A stretch of DNA of 64,000 nt from Paramecium tetraurelia (Eukaryota). The DNA is taken from NCBI GenBank assembly GCA_000165425.1, contig CT868671.1, forward strand, positions 563,027-627,026, in the 5' to 3' direction. The notes beneath the pieces are model-generated. The model was given only the letters and a program-made list of their open reading frames with translations. It searched no databases and was not told the origin of the DNA. Both the position numbers and the translations under genes were made by a program. This document shows positions 12,636 through 27,208 of this stretch, piece after piece; positions within the stretch are counted from its first letter, which is position 1; each line of letters opens with the position of its first letter.

Positions 12636-14364
12636 ATGAATCAATTACAGTGTCCTCTTGGCTGTGGTAGAACTTTTGATGATAACAAGCGAATGGAGGA
12701 TCATATTAAAACCAGAAATTTTCTTTAATAGAAAGCCAATCCTATTCTATAGGAGAATACAAATGTAAATGTGATCCAAAAAAAAGTGAAATTGTTAAGA
12801 TAAAAATTACCATAATTACACAATAATCTTTAGTAAACTCAATTGTCATATTCAACAACTTAATAATAAATGTCGGAATCAGATATACAACAACAATTAC
12901 CCCCAAAACCTAATTAAAAATATAATTGCAATTCAAAAAAAATACTCCTATTCGTCTAAGTTCTAATGTTAGAAAAATAGATGATGTATAAAAAGTTGAT
13001 CATTAAAAAGATAAGGAATAGAATGATAATAAAGAAACATAATAGACTATTAAGATAATTGAACCCTCTCCAGTTATATCAGCAAATGATTTGATGGAGG
13101 CAAGAAAAGTGATCACTAAATAATTTATTTGCACCAACAGTGATGGTTCAGATTGGAATCAGTAACAAACTTGTCTCTTATACATAAAAACCTCTTGATT
13201 TTTGAAAGCACTACAGAAGTCCCTTTTTCTGAATTAATGTAATCCTATATTAAATTAGTAGTGCCTTAAAGAGTCTATCATTATCATAAAACAATTTGAT
13301 AAATGTCATAGGAATTAGTGTATTATAAAACATTGTGGATTTAAATGTCAACAACAATAAAATAACAACTCTATAGCCTTTAGGTGATTGTAAAAGACTT
13401 TAGAGATTGTATGCCAATCATAATCTAATTAATTCAATAGAGCTTGGATTAATGATCCATTTAAAGATATTTTAAATTGGGGATAACTAATTACTGACTT
13501 CGAACTATTGATAAACAGCATTAAACATATGCCTAGTCTTAAGGATCTAGTCATTGAAAACAACCCTTGCACTCTTAAATATGCTTATAAATACGATATT
13601 TTGTGGACAGTATTCATAGAAAAATTGGACAATTAAATTATTACTCAATAAGATTACAATTTGGCCTAGACTTTCAAGGACAGAAAATAGGAATCCCAAA
13701 TGTCTTAAAGTATGAATTTTTCCAAAGGGATTAGACCATAAACAGCTTCGATGAATCCTAATAACACATTATAGTAAGATTCATAAAATGATTATTCAGA
13801 ATCTAATATCATTTTGGAGCAGTAAAATTAAGAGTTGGAAGAAGAAATAGAAGAATTATATGAGATAAATTCTAATAATAGAGAGAAAATAGATGGACTG
13901 GAGAAGCAGAATGTTGAATACAGAAATATTGCTGATCAAGTTCCATTTTTAGAGGAATAATTACAAGATATGAGGTCAAAGATCAGTGCTTATGAGAGTT
14001 TGATAATATTCAAAGATTCCCCTGGTGAGGAATTAAGAAAACACATAAATGCTCTAACTTAAGAGTTACAGAGATTAAAGTGTAATGATAGTAATTTTGA
14101 GAATTACGAAGCAGTAGACAATCAAATAAATTAATCAAAATTCTAGAATACTTAAACCACTTTTATATAATAATTACCTTAAGCAGAAAGTGACAATGAA
14201 AATAAAGAGGATGATGATAAATATTTGTAAGTTATTGAATTTATAATTTTAGCCGAGATGATGAAAATTTTTCATAGTTCCCAGGATAAGAGTTAATGGA
14301 ATTGATAATGAGGAACTCAAGGACTTTGAGCAAACTCAAAAATGAATTCAAAGAAATCAATTGA
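12636..14364 (+). pseudogene. Frameshifted zinc-finger + leucine-rich-repeat + coiled-coil gene (pseudogene or assembly errors)
   Basis: N-terminal CPLGCGRTF..H; SDS22-type LRRs (LKSLSLSQNNL, IVDLNVNNNKI, LQRLYANHNLI, LKDLVIENNPC); three single-base deficits near 12940, 13155 and 13490, each followed by TGA. Confidence 0.72.
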
Positions 14365-14413
14365 CTCTTCTTTTTGATAATTAAATATATTATATATATA
14401 TAATTATTCAATA

Positions 14414-16371
<1,958 letters not shown>

Positions 16372-16499
16372 ATTAGAAATTGTAATCATAATAACTCAAT
16401 TTTATAATGTATGCAAGAGAGACTATTATTATACACAGGAATTATTTTAGCAACAAATATAGTTTAATAAATAATTTGATATAAAAATCACTTATATTA

Positions 16500-17476
16500 A
16501 TGCAAGTATTGCCACCAGCAGAGAGAGTTTTACATTTTTAAGAGACCAAGAGTTGGTTCAATTCTAGACATCCATCTAAAGTGAAGGAGAAGTATCTGAA
16601 GACAGAGAAGGAATTATTTGATGATAAAATTGTTACAGAAACCTTCCATTTGATTGATAGAGATCACTCAAGTATAAGATTAGAATAAATCTGTCAGATA
16701 CGATTGAGATGGATGAATTATATTCCATGTTGAAGAAAAACAATTATCCAGTGAATTTGAGGCTTTTGAAGGAATTTTTCGAAATGACTGATCGTGATGG
16801 GAATAGTAATAGTCTATAAATAAACTTAAGAATGCATTGATTTGGATGAGTTCAAGTAGGTTATTAAGGACGAAAGAACTTCATCAAGTAATATAATGAT
16901 TGTATGGGATAGCATTTAGGACATTGATGAGGAAGATGAGAGAAATAGGAGACGAGAACTATTATTCAACAGACTTCGTAAATTTACTGAGATACTTGTC
17001 TTATTGTGCCAATCGAACTGATCTGATATGGCAAATAAAAGTACCTATTCATCATTATATTCATATCAATTATAAAGAATACGCGTCTATCATTCGAATA
17101 AAGATCTGTGTTAGTATCAGAGTTGTTTAAGGTGAATCAATAATTTACAAAGGTGTCAAATCCAAAGGAGGAACAAACAAGTACATTGAGACCTTTTATG
17201 AAGAAGAAGGGTCAAAGTGAAATCAAATACCTTACTCCAATAAAGAAAAAGCCTCATCTATTAACCAATATGTCCACCAAAACCAGGATCAGCACCAGCA
17301 ATCAAAATTCAATATTATCTTTCGATATAAAAAGTATTTCATCGCCAAGATTGTCTCCTCTAAAGACAGATAGAGTTTTATTCAAAAAGAAAGTGAGTAT
17401 CACCCTTACTCCATCCACTAAATCCACTTTGATTTTGACAAAATCTGTCAAAAAGATTAAGAATAATAAGTTTTGA
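16500..17476 (+). CDS. EF-hand calcium-binding protein (two EF-hands)
   Basis: Spliced loops DRDHSNTIEMDEL and DRDGNKCIDLDEF; four short introns. Confidence 0.8.
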
Positions 17477-17560
17477 TGATAAATAGATATATATATATTT
17501 CCTATAATATTTTATAAGAATACAAATTTATTGTTAAATAAATAAGGTATTTGATATCGA

Positions 17561-18768
17561 ATGTAACATTTTGTAACTGGAATATTTCAATCTTTTAGCA
17601 TGTGTGGCCTCAGGAATAAGCTAGTTCATATGCTTGCCTTTCGTCCGCCTTAAGCCACATATGAACTTAGATTGAGGGAGCAGAAGAAATAGAGGGTTAA
17701 TAAGAAATAGCGATACTACTCATTCGATGACAGTGGGTACTTCAACTTGTAAAACAATTCGGAATAATAATTGACACTAACAAATGATTAATAATATTTG
17801 CATAGGAGAAGAAAGACAGTGAGGAATCCTGAGTAAGATTAGAATTTATGTGAAGATTATATCCGGAATATGATTTCATCAAAATACCGAATAAGAAAAT
17901 ACATTTGGATGAAGAAATAGTAGTGAGATCTGATACATGCAAAGTAACATCATATTTTCTGAACCAAAACAATAATTAACAAATAGCATCAGTGCATTTG
18001 GATAGGAATAGTGATTACGTAATATTGTTCAGTCATGGCAATGCCTGCGATTTGGGAACCATGATCGACAAATTGATTAGTATTGATCTCCTTCATTCAT
18101 ATAGAACTCGTGTCCTACACCAAAACCAACGTTTTTGCATACGAGTATAGTGGGTATGGTCAAAGCGAAGGAAAGATCAATGATCTAAGCATTATTCGCA
18201 ATATCCAAGTGGCCTACAACTTCCTGATCCATCAATTAGGATATAAACCAACACAAATAATCGTTTATGGTTACAGCATTGGTTCAGGCCCTAGTGTAAC
18301 ATTATCATCCAATCCGTAATTCCCAATAGGTGGCTTGATTATTGAGAGTGGATTCAGTTCTGGATTGAGAGTCATTAGTAATAAAATAGAGGACACTCCT
18401 TACTATGATATATTCCCGAATATCGATCGGATCTAATTCATCAGATGCCCTATATTTATTATGCATGGGGCAAATGACAAGATTATTTCCGATGATCATG
18501 CAAAACAACTAGCCCAGAAATCAAGCAACTTGTATGAGTTGTGGATTCCTGATAATGTTGGGCATTCAGGTATTGATACTGACATTCAGTATCGGAAAAG
18601 TTACTTTTAGAAATTGAAAGAATTTATTGATTGTATGAATACTTCTTCATCATTTTTATAGATATTGCCTTATAAAATGACAACATTCCTGATCTAATTA
18701 ATAAGAATACTGCCAAATCACATGAGGTTACATAATGTAAACATTATTATTAAACTAAATTATTCTGA
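17561..18768 (+). CDS. ABHD17-family alpha/beta hydrolase (putative protein depalmitoylase)
   Basis: N-terminal LAFRPP; LFSHGNACDLG, YEYSGYGQSEG, nucleophile elbow GYSIG, HGANDKII, GH catalytic His. Confidence 0.88.
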
Positions 18769-18836
18769 TTCAATATTAATTTGTTTTTAGGAATACACCA
18801 TATAAATATTATTATTATATTATTAAATATATTTCA

Positions 18837-20226
18837 ATGTAAACATCATAATTTATCTCTAGGCTCCAAGAGTATCAATTAATCCAGAATGTCTAATAAT
18901 AAGTGCAGAGAATTCAAAAAAAATATCCGTTAATCTCCAATATTAATGAGTTTTAAATAGACCTTGTAGGCTTGTTCTCTATTCAAAGTTCAGAATCTTT
19001 AAAAAAATAATTGATCACCTTACTTCATCAATATAAATTGCCCATCCAATCCTTAGACTTTAATCAATTCACTAGAAAAGAAAATTAAATAATCATAATC
19101 AGCAACAATGCAGAAATTAAATTGGCTATAAATGGAAGATTCATTTACAATCATCTTGAACATAACACTTCTTACTAGATCTTTCCCAACAAATGCATAT
19201 ATCATGGTCAAGTTAACAATAAAAAACCCAATGGAGAAGGAAGTTTCAGATGGGACAATGGTGAATATTATATTGGTTAATGGTCAAATGCTCAGAAGCA
19301 TGGCTTTGGCCAATGGAAAGGAACACAAGATGACTATTATATTGGTTAGTGGGTTAACGGACAATAAGATGGATTAGGTGAACACAAGTGGAATGGAGAT
19401 GTCTATTTTGGTCAATGGAAGAATTCAGTTAAAAATGGTTATGGAGTTGAACAATTTCAGAATGGCGATAAGTATATTGGCAACTACTATTTTGGCAAGC
19501 CACAGGGACAGGGGGAATATAGATGGGTTGATGGTTCCATCTATTAAGGACAATTCTTAGAAGGAATGAGACATGGCTATGGCAGATACGTTAATAAAAA
19601 TGGCATCGTTTACGAAGTAACATTTGATTCCTAATTAGGGAGAATATTAAAATGATGTAAAGCATGGCATTGGAAAAATAACACATCTAGATGGAAATCA
19701 TTATTAGGGCTCCAATGCCAATGATAGTAGAAATGCTTAAGGAGTACGTGAATACTCGAATGATCAGATTGATGATAGCAATTAGAAATAAAATAAATTC
19801 CTGTCTCACAATTCAAAAAGCCAAGAGAAACCTAAATAAGAATTTACTTAAAGAGAAAATAGATCAAACTCATCTTCATAGAATTATTAATCAAATATAT
19901 ACTCAACCTATCTGAACACTTATCAAAATGCTAATCTATCACTTCAAACTAATAAGTTAAGATAATTATAATTGCCTGGTTACCTAAAATAAAATAGTAA
20001 AGTTGTAAGCTAATCCAAACGTACTTACTCAATGAATTAAAAAAGGATTACTTAACGATGCTAAGTTAAATAAAATTATAAATCCGCTTCCATAGACTTG
20101 GAAGATATTTACAATGGAGATGCCTATAGAACTATCAAAAAGAAGCAAACTAGCTTCAGAGATAATAGTAATTTGTATTTAATAAATAACAATAAGAAAT
20201 CTATTAAGAATGTATTTGTTTATTGA
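18837..20226 (+). CDS. MORN-repeat protein
   Basis: Tandem Y.G.W.NG..HG.G repeats at about 19200-19710 (e.g. GEYYIGQWSNAQKHGFG, GSIYQGQFLEGMRHGYG). Confidence 0.88.
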
Positions 20227-20604
20227 TATTAATGTTCTTTATTTATTATTATCATTACTAATTTATAATCTATTAAACTTTATTCCAAATTGGAGAATCA
20301 TTATCAATAACAAGATCTATTAATATTGTGAATATGTTTTAACACTCAGCAATTTTTCTAATTCTGTTACAAATCGATAGTGTGACCCAATTTTAGAGGG
20401 CTAAAACCCTAATAACTGGTTCATATACTTGATCTTATGAACTAAATTAGAACTGTTTTCATTATCAGATGACTTAGAATAACTCAATCAAATAGGCAAT
20501 CATGCAAATAATTATTGGATTTATTCGATTTGCTCTATCAATTTTTAAGAGAATTACATAATTTTGATATATTAATAAAATCAAATATTTTAGAGCTGAA
20601 AATA

Positions 20605-21745
20605 ATGTGTATAGATGATATTTATTTAACAAAACCTAAAACTAAATTCACTATTGAATCAGGATAGAATAACGATTTCACATTTACTTGTGCCTCTATG
20701 TAAGGATGGAGAAAAACAATGGTAATCAAATGTATTAATCTCTTCTGTAGGAAGATGCAATTATCAAAGAAAAACTATCAACAGGAGAATATTTATTTGG
20801 AATATTGGATGGACATGGAGGATTTGAGGTTTCCTCGGTTATTTCCAAATATTTACCGCGCTTTTTGGAATCAAATATAAAATTCAGAAATAAACAATAT
20901 GAGGAGAGTTTGACCGAATCCTTCATTGATATTGATAAATGGTTAATAACTTCCGAGGGACTTAATGCTTTGGTGGAGGAGAGATTTTAAATGTCTGTTG
21001 AAGATGGTATCATTATTTAATAATATTCAAGTGATCAAAAATATTAAGAACTAGAAGAAGCAATTCTATAAGCAACCTTTCGATCTAAGTGAATTATCTA
21101 AATTAGCTCCTAAGAAAATTGTAGAATTGATTGGCACTTCAATTATTGATGAAAGTGGTACAACTGCTAACATAGTGTTAATAACCAAAGATTCAATATA
21201 TTGTGCAAACATAGGAGATTCTAGATCTGTTGGCATCTAAAAGGGAAAACCTATTATAATGAGTTTTGATCACAAACCTACTCATGCAAAAGAGAGATCA
21301 AGAATTTGTAATGCAGGTGGATTTGTGGCCGATGGTAGAGTTTGTGGAGCACTTTCACTTTCTAGAGCCTTTGGTGATTATCAATATAAGGATGACATGG
21401 TGATAGCTGTCCCTGAAATTAGAGTGTTTAAAAATGTGCAAATGATTTTTATGGCTTGTGATGGAATATGGGAAGGCTTAAATGATTATGGGGAGAATCT
21501 TACTCAAAAGATATTCAAAAATAACAAAGAAAGATGTAATCGTATATTCAATGTATATAGCTGAAGAGAAGTTAAAATCAATCATGAATCAAATTTTAGC
21601 TCCTTCCATGACTGATCAAACTGTTTGGGGATTAGATAACATGTCTTGCATTCTTATAGAATTTAAGAACTAACAATCTTAAAACAATAAAAAATCATAA
21701 AAACCATTAAAAATTAAAAAGACTATTAAAAAACAGAAAAAATGA
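20605..21745 (+). CDS. Protein phosphatase 2C (PPM family)
   Basis: SMQGWRKTMED, DGHGG, GTTA, ANIGDSR, SFDHKP, LSLSRAFGD, ACDGIWE, DNMS. Confidence 0.92.
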
Positions 21746-21810
21746 GTGTAAATTCTATTTATTTCCTTTTTTTAGTTATTTAATTTAATCATTTTTTGAT
21801 CTCATTAATA

Positions 21811-22588
21811 TCAATTTTTCAATTTAGATTTTAAAATATTTACTTTTTCTTAATTTTATTGAGAGGTTGATTTTTTTAGATATGTTAATAATAAACGTTG
21901 CTATAAGGTTTTAACCTAGTTTAATTTTTCACTTTTCAATAATTAAGGTTATTTCTTGATAACAATTTGGAAATCAGATTTAGAATTAACCAATTATTTT
22001 TACTATGTCATTGGTTTTGCTAATATAGGGAATAGATAGGTTGATGCATCAGTCCTGGTTCTAATTTGGATCGGGGAATTGTTTATTGATCTTCTGAATT
22101 GAGATTTTAATTTTATTTAGACTTTCTCAAATAATGGTTCTGATTTTTCTATCGTTTGTAAACTTCTTCTCGCCTAGATCTGATTGTCATTAACCATTTT
22201 TTTCATCATATTCTAAGCTTAGATAACCTACAAAACAGGTTTTATTGATCTTCTTACACTTTTCTTAAGGCTAAACATCATTTGTCTGTCAGCTTATTTA
22301 ATTTGATTAAATACTAAATTATTATGATCCAAGTAGACTAGAATCAATCACTGAATGCCTATTTTGAGATGGAGGAGAATAGGATTATTTTTAAGACGCA
22401 AGTATTTACTTACTGTCCGATTGATCAATCATCATGATTCTTTGTTTTGCAATTCTCCCCCCGCATTCTTCACATACACAACTTTAATTTAGATCTTAAA
22501 CAATATCATTCTATTAAAAGTTTATAGCAGAAGCATGATTTTTATGGAGACTGATATTTTCTACTTAAAATTGATAATTACTTTTCAT
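21811..22588 (-). CDS. Hypothetical protein with CxCxxCG motif; 5' end uncertain
   Basis: Open frame from ATG 22588 containing CVCEECGG followed by a basic S/Q-rich tail. Confidence 0.55.
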
Positions 22589-23062
22589 CGAGAACAATTC
22601 AAATCGATAAACTTTGTAATTATCAACTTCATCCTTTATTAAAGTAGCCTTTCGTACATTAAATAAAGGAGTTCTTTTTTATAGAGGTTAATGGTTGATC
22701 ATTAATAAGAACAAATATTTAATTATTATATCGAACAATTCATATTCAATCATAAATGCTCTTTAGGTACTAGATCAAATTACCAATTACAACCAAAATA
22801 TCCAAAGAAAATGATCATTATTAATAAAATACATCCTTAAGTTGATAAATTCAGTAAAATGAAATTCCAAAATCACCTCTTTTCTAACAATCAAATAGAA
22901 CTTCTCATTTGAAAAGCTAAAAACTCGCTGTGCATCAATATTTAAATCATAATATACTGAATCTATTCTCTCAGAATTCTTAAGTAGGATTAACAATAAA
23001 ATAATATATTAATCCTTTTTTATTTTTAATTATAATAAATGCCATTCAAATTTTCATGATTC

Positions 23063-23591
23063 TCAAAGTTTCCTTGTAAAATCATTTAATCTATCCTTTT
23101 ACATTTTGCTTTCTTTTAATCTGTTTCTTTCTTAAATTAAACTAACAAGAGTGTCAGATCCATAAATGGTATTTGCTTATTAATTACTATTTGATTTCCT
23201 GTAATCCTTTAATTAGAGTTATAAATGAGGATTTTAAGTAATTTCTTCTGGTAATTATTCCTTTAATTCCTATTTGATTTTATGTAAACTAGTTTTGAAT
23301 TCTCTGTTTAATGCATTAGCTTATTGTTCTGTTTGCCTAAAGATGAGTGATTCTAAATACCTCATCAATTTGATGAATTCATTTGATTTAACAATATCCT
23401 TTGGTAAATTAACTTTTAAAATTGCTTTGAATGCTCCATAACCCAATCCAATGCGTTATCACTAATAATGTAAAATAATACCCCATCTTTCTGCAAGCTA
23501 TTGGCAATTAAGGTCCTAATCTAAATGAATAGTATGTTGCTAGTCCAACTCCAGGAACGAAGTAACATAGAAATGATGTTATAAATCCCAT
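23063..23591 (-). CDS. Putative mitochondrial TatB-like (TatA/B family) protein, ~160 aa; first intron non-canonical or mutated
   Basis: N-terminal hydrophobic segment, hinge LGPQLP, amphipathic IACRKMGQRIGLGYGAFK, C-terminal GSDTLVSLIQE; frame needs a 22-nt GT..TG intron at 23460-23481. Confidence 0.6.
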
Positions 23592-24358
23592 GCTCAAAAT
23601 CAATATTTTTATAATAATAACATGTAGTATAAAATTTAGATTCTTTTTACAACACAGTATTCTACTCTGAAGTTTGAAATCAAACATTAATGTAAATTAG
23701 AAATAATATTTTCAAATAAGACGACTTATTTTATTCATTATTTGGTGTGTAAATTATTTACAACTGAAAATGATAATCTTAAATTTATATTTTTTTGGTT
23801 TAGCAGAAAGATGTTGAAATTATTAATTATTTGCTTGAGTTTTAATTGCAATTAGTTTCTATTTTAATAGATAAATTCATTTATGCTTCTACTTTTACTT
23901 TGATTCCTTATTAAGTTCATTTATATATTCTTTCTCCTTGTTATTTAATCTAAACATAAGTCTATCTTATCCGCTTCTCATCACATACAATATCTAATTA
24001 AAAGGAAAGATGTACATCTTTATTTCCACAAGGGCAATTAAATTATCCTAAACACTCGCAATCTGATACGACATTTTAATTATTTAATTCAATTTCTAAA
24101 ATAACAAATTGTAATACAAGTGCTTGGCAAAATAATGCTAGCTAACAGAATCACAAAAATAACCAAGGACTTCATTAATTTTTATTAATTAATAATAAAA
24201 CGAATTATATTATAGTTCTTACTTTTACAAAAGGCTTAACATAAATTGTCTCCATATTCAAATCAATGTGTATTTTATTCAACTCTGGTTATAATATAGA
24301 GTTATTTACTAATTTATAATCAAGAAAATAAAGTTTAAATATATATATATTGATAAAA

Positions 24359-25838
24359 TCAAAATTATAATATCTACAATTAATTTGTTAAAATTGCTAA
24401 TTCTCTATCGTTTGGAAAGGCATTATACTTATTAAAAAGATCTTGAACTTATTTGGTAATGACTATAGAATCATCAGTGGTTTTTACTTTTTTTAATATA
24501 TTTTAAATGTAGGCTTTTTTAAATTACTCTATATCAATCTGTTCTTAAAACAATTACCTAATGTAATCAATAGTAACATTGCTAAGTAATTAGGAATTAG
24601 TTTATTAACTTTCACTAGAATCCATTTGCTAATCGATATAGATTAATCTTTTGAATTATTGATAGTTTATTTTAGAATCCTAACCATAACTTAAAATTAG
24701 ATCTCTTGCTAGACCTTTGATTTGCATTCTTTGCCTTCGAAATCCTGAATAGAAGTCTTGTTCGGTAATGAAATCTCTGTTTTCATAATCAAATAGTTTG
24801 AAAATAGCCTTGCAACAAAAGTCAGACCTCTGAATCAATTTTAATTATGTTTTAGACAGTAGTTTACATTTTAGAAGCAATTGATAAAGCTATTGATAAA
24901 CAACTTTGTCAAAATTAATTAATTCTATTTAAAACTTATCATTGGATTTGGGAGTGAATGTAAAATCCTATAATTTTTTGGTTAATTCATCGACGAAAAT
25001 GCTACTGGCATTGCTATGAGTTTATTCACTATTTAAAAGTTTGAGTTAAGCTTTTTTGTATTTAACGGTTGATCGTTATTCAGGAGATTGAAATGAATTA
25101 TCGTTTTCATCCATAGATTGTTGGAACTTATTTTGTTTTAATGGTGATTACTGTCTTTCTTAATTGATATTCTCTGATTTTAACTGGGTAATGACAAAGA
25201 TGTCCAATAAGTTAATTTAATCAATGGTCTCATTGAGATTGCCCATCATAAAAAAGTAATTTGTATCTTCCTGGGATAAATTAAAGTATTTTTAAAAATC
25301 ATTCATGTGAATTATTCCATTATTACTCTTATCCAGTTGTTGAAAGAGCTTAAAGTAATTAAAGTTTTCTTTTTCTAAAAGCATTTTTATTTCTAATTGC
25401 TCTCGTACATAGATTAGCAATTCTCCAAAGAAATAAGATAGTCCAGTCTCTATTATTTCAGGCAAGCACATCTGTTTTTCAATAAAGTAAGGCTCTCTGA
25501 CTGCAGCCACAAATCTAATTTCGCGATTAGTTTTTGATAGCATTTAAATAGTAAAGCTATATAATAATGGTCTCATAATACTCTTCAAAAGTAACTCTGC
25601 CATCTTTATTAACATCGAAATATTTGACACATAAAAAAGCATCATAATGTTGGCATTAAATATCGTTGTCTTAGCAAAATTGAAGGATATCGTAAGAAGT
25701 AATATGTCCTTTATTTTATTGGTCGAATCTCTCCATGATGGGTTTCAAGGAAAATAAGGACTATTGATTTAACTCAATTCTAATGTTTTCCAAAGCCTTT
25801 TCACATTCAATTATTGAGGAAATTAATTGTTTTATCAT
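24359..25838 (-). CDS. Multi-EF-hand protein
   Basis: Loops FDQQNKGHITSYDI, FDVNKDGRVTFED, LDKSNNGIIHMNDF; one 25-nt intron. Confidence 0.8.
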
Positions 25839-25870
25839 TAACAGATAAATAATAATATTAATACATTATA

Positions 25871-27022
25871 TCAAATTTTAACTATATAATATTGAATAAG
25901 ATAAGTTAAAGCGGCTCCACCTATATTTAATATGATATCTGATTTGTCATGGATGTAATTGATTACTTTTTTTGGGATTGATTTATATAGTTTATCTGAG
26001 GAATTGTAATATGATAATTAAGATTTGAAGTTGTGTTAGTACACAATAGAACTATAATTATAATGTTAAATAAAATACTTCTATGAAAACTAAATATTTT
26101 CTTATTGGCAGATTGGTTCAAACTTGTATTTATCCTCCAACATGTATGCTAATTACAACACACTCTCTAGTCTAATATCTTAAATTCTTTCTTTATTATT
26201 AAGATTTTAAAAAAAGTCTTAAAATTCTCCAACAAGATCATCTTCATCTGTCACTTCTAAGGTTTCATGATGGATGGCAATAAATGCTGCACAGATATAC
26301 AGGATTGTATTTTATGAGGAACAGAATAGGAAATCCCAAACTCTAGAGATGTCATTGATATTTTCCAAGGAATGAGAAAACCATGTTAGGATCCATGGAA
26401 TGACACAAGTGGGGTGTTCGATGATTGTCATTATACCATTGAGTTTTTGATTGTTAGTGTCTTTAGAGAATCGCAATAGGAGAATTCTAATGAATTGGTA
26501 TTGTGGAGTGATCGTAGTAGATAATTCTTGGTCTAAGTAATCTTTGAAGAAGTGCTAAGCAGCATAAACGGATGCTCTGTAACCTTGTTCTACTCCTAAG
26601 ACCAGTATCAAGACTGATACAACATCATGATAGCCTTGATAGTAGGAGTAGTTAGGGTAGTGGCTGAAAATGGTGTCAAGTACGTCCATTAAGCATTTTC
26701 TCAATTGATCTCTATATTTAAAAATAGGGGAAATACATTTCTTTGAAGTTTTTGACTTGTGTTATAGTATTCAACGAGCGATTGACATCCTTCAATAATT
26801 GATCATGTTGTAGACATTTTTCCTTTTCCTGGTAAGGTAATTGTTGATCTATTCCTAATAGTTTGGTCCATATCAGTCTTCTGTAATATCTATTGTGAGA
26901 GAAGAGAAATGAGCATACATATTGTGGAATCCATAGGTTCGTCCGTATTCTCGGATCTTGTGGTAACCTTGATCGTTGTCGATATTGTCCAAAAGAGATT
27001 ACAAGTATTAAGAATTATCCAT
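25871..27022 (-). CDS. TBC-domain Rab-GAP, TBC1D20/Gyp8-like, with C-terminal membrane anchor
   Basis: RRLIWTKLLG, IIKDVNRS, YYQGYHDVVSV, PWILTWFSH, RVWDFLF; hydrophobic C-terminus IILNIGGAALTYLIQYYIV. Confidence 0.85.
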
Positions 27023-27208
27023 ATAAAATTAATATTTGTAAAATAGGGTTTATCTGCGAATTTTAGTTTGAAGATGCAAGAAATAATAGTATTTTTGATC
27101 ATTTCTTAATTAATTGCCAATCAATGACACATCTCAGTTTCGTATATATTAAATTAAAGATATACATTGTTTGGATTAAAATTTATTATTTATTGTAAGA
27201 GATTTGGA

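Noticed and set aside
17041..17077. 37-nt intron in the EF-hand gene as a possible insertion element
   Set aside because: Normal GTA..AAG ends and it restores the frame; only slightly longer than the others
20401..20413. AAACCCTAA telomere-like motif
   Set aside because: Single copy and not the C4A2/C3A3 Paramecium telomere repeat; likely chance
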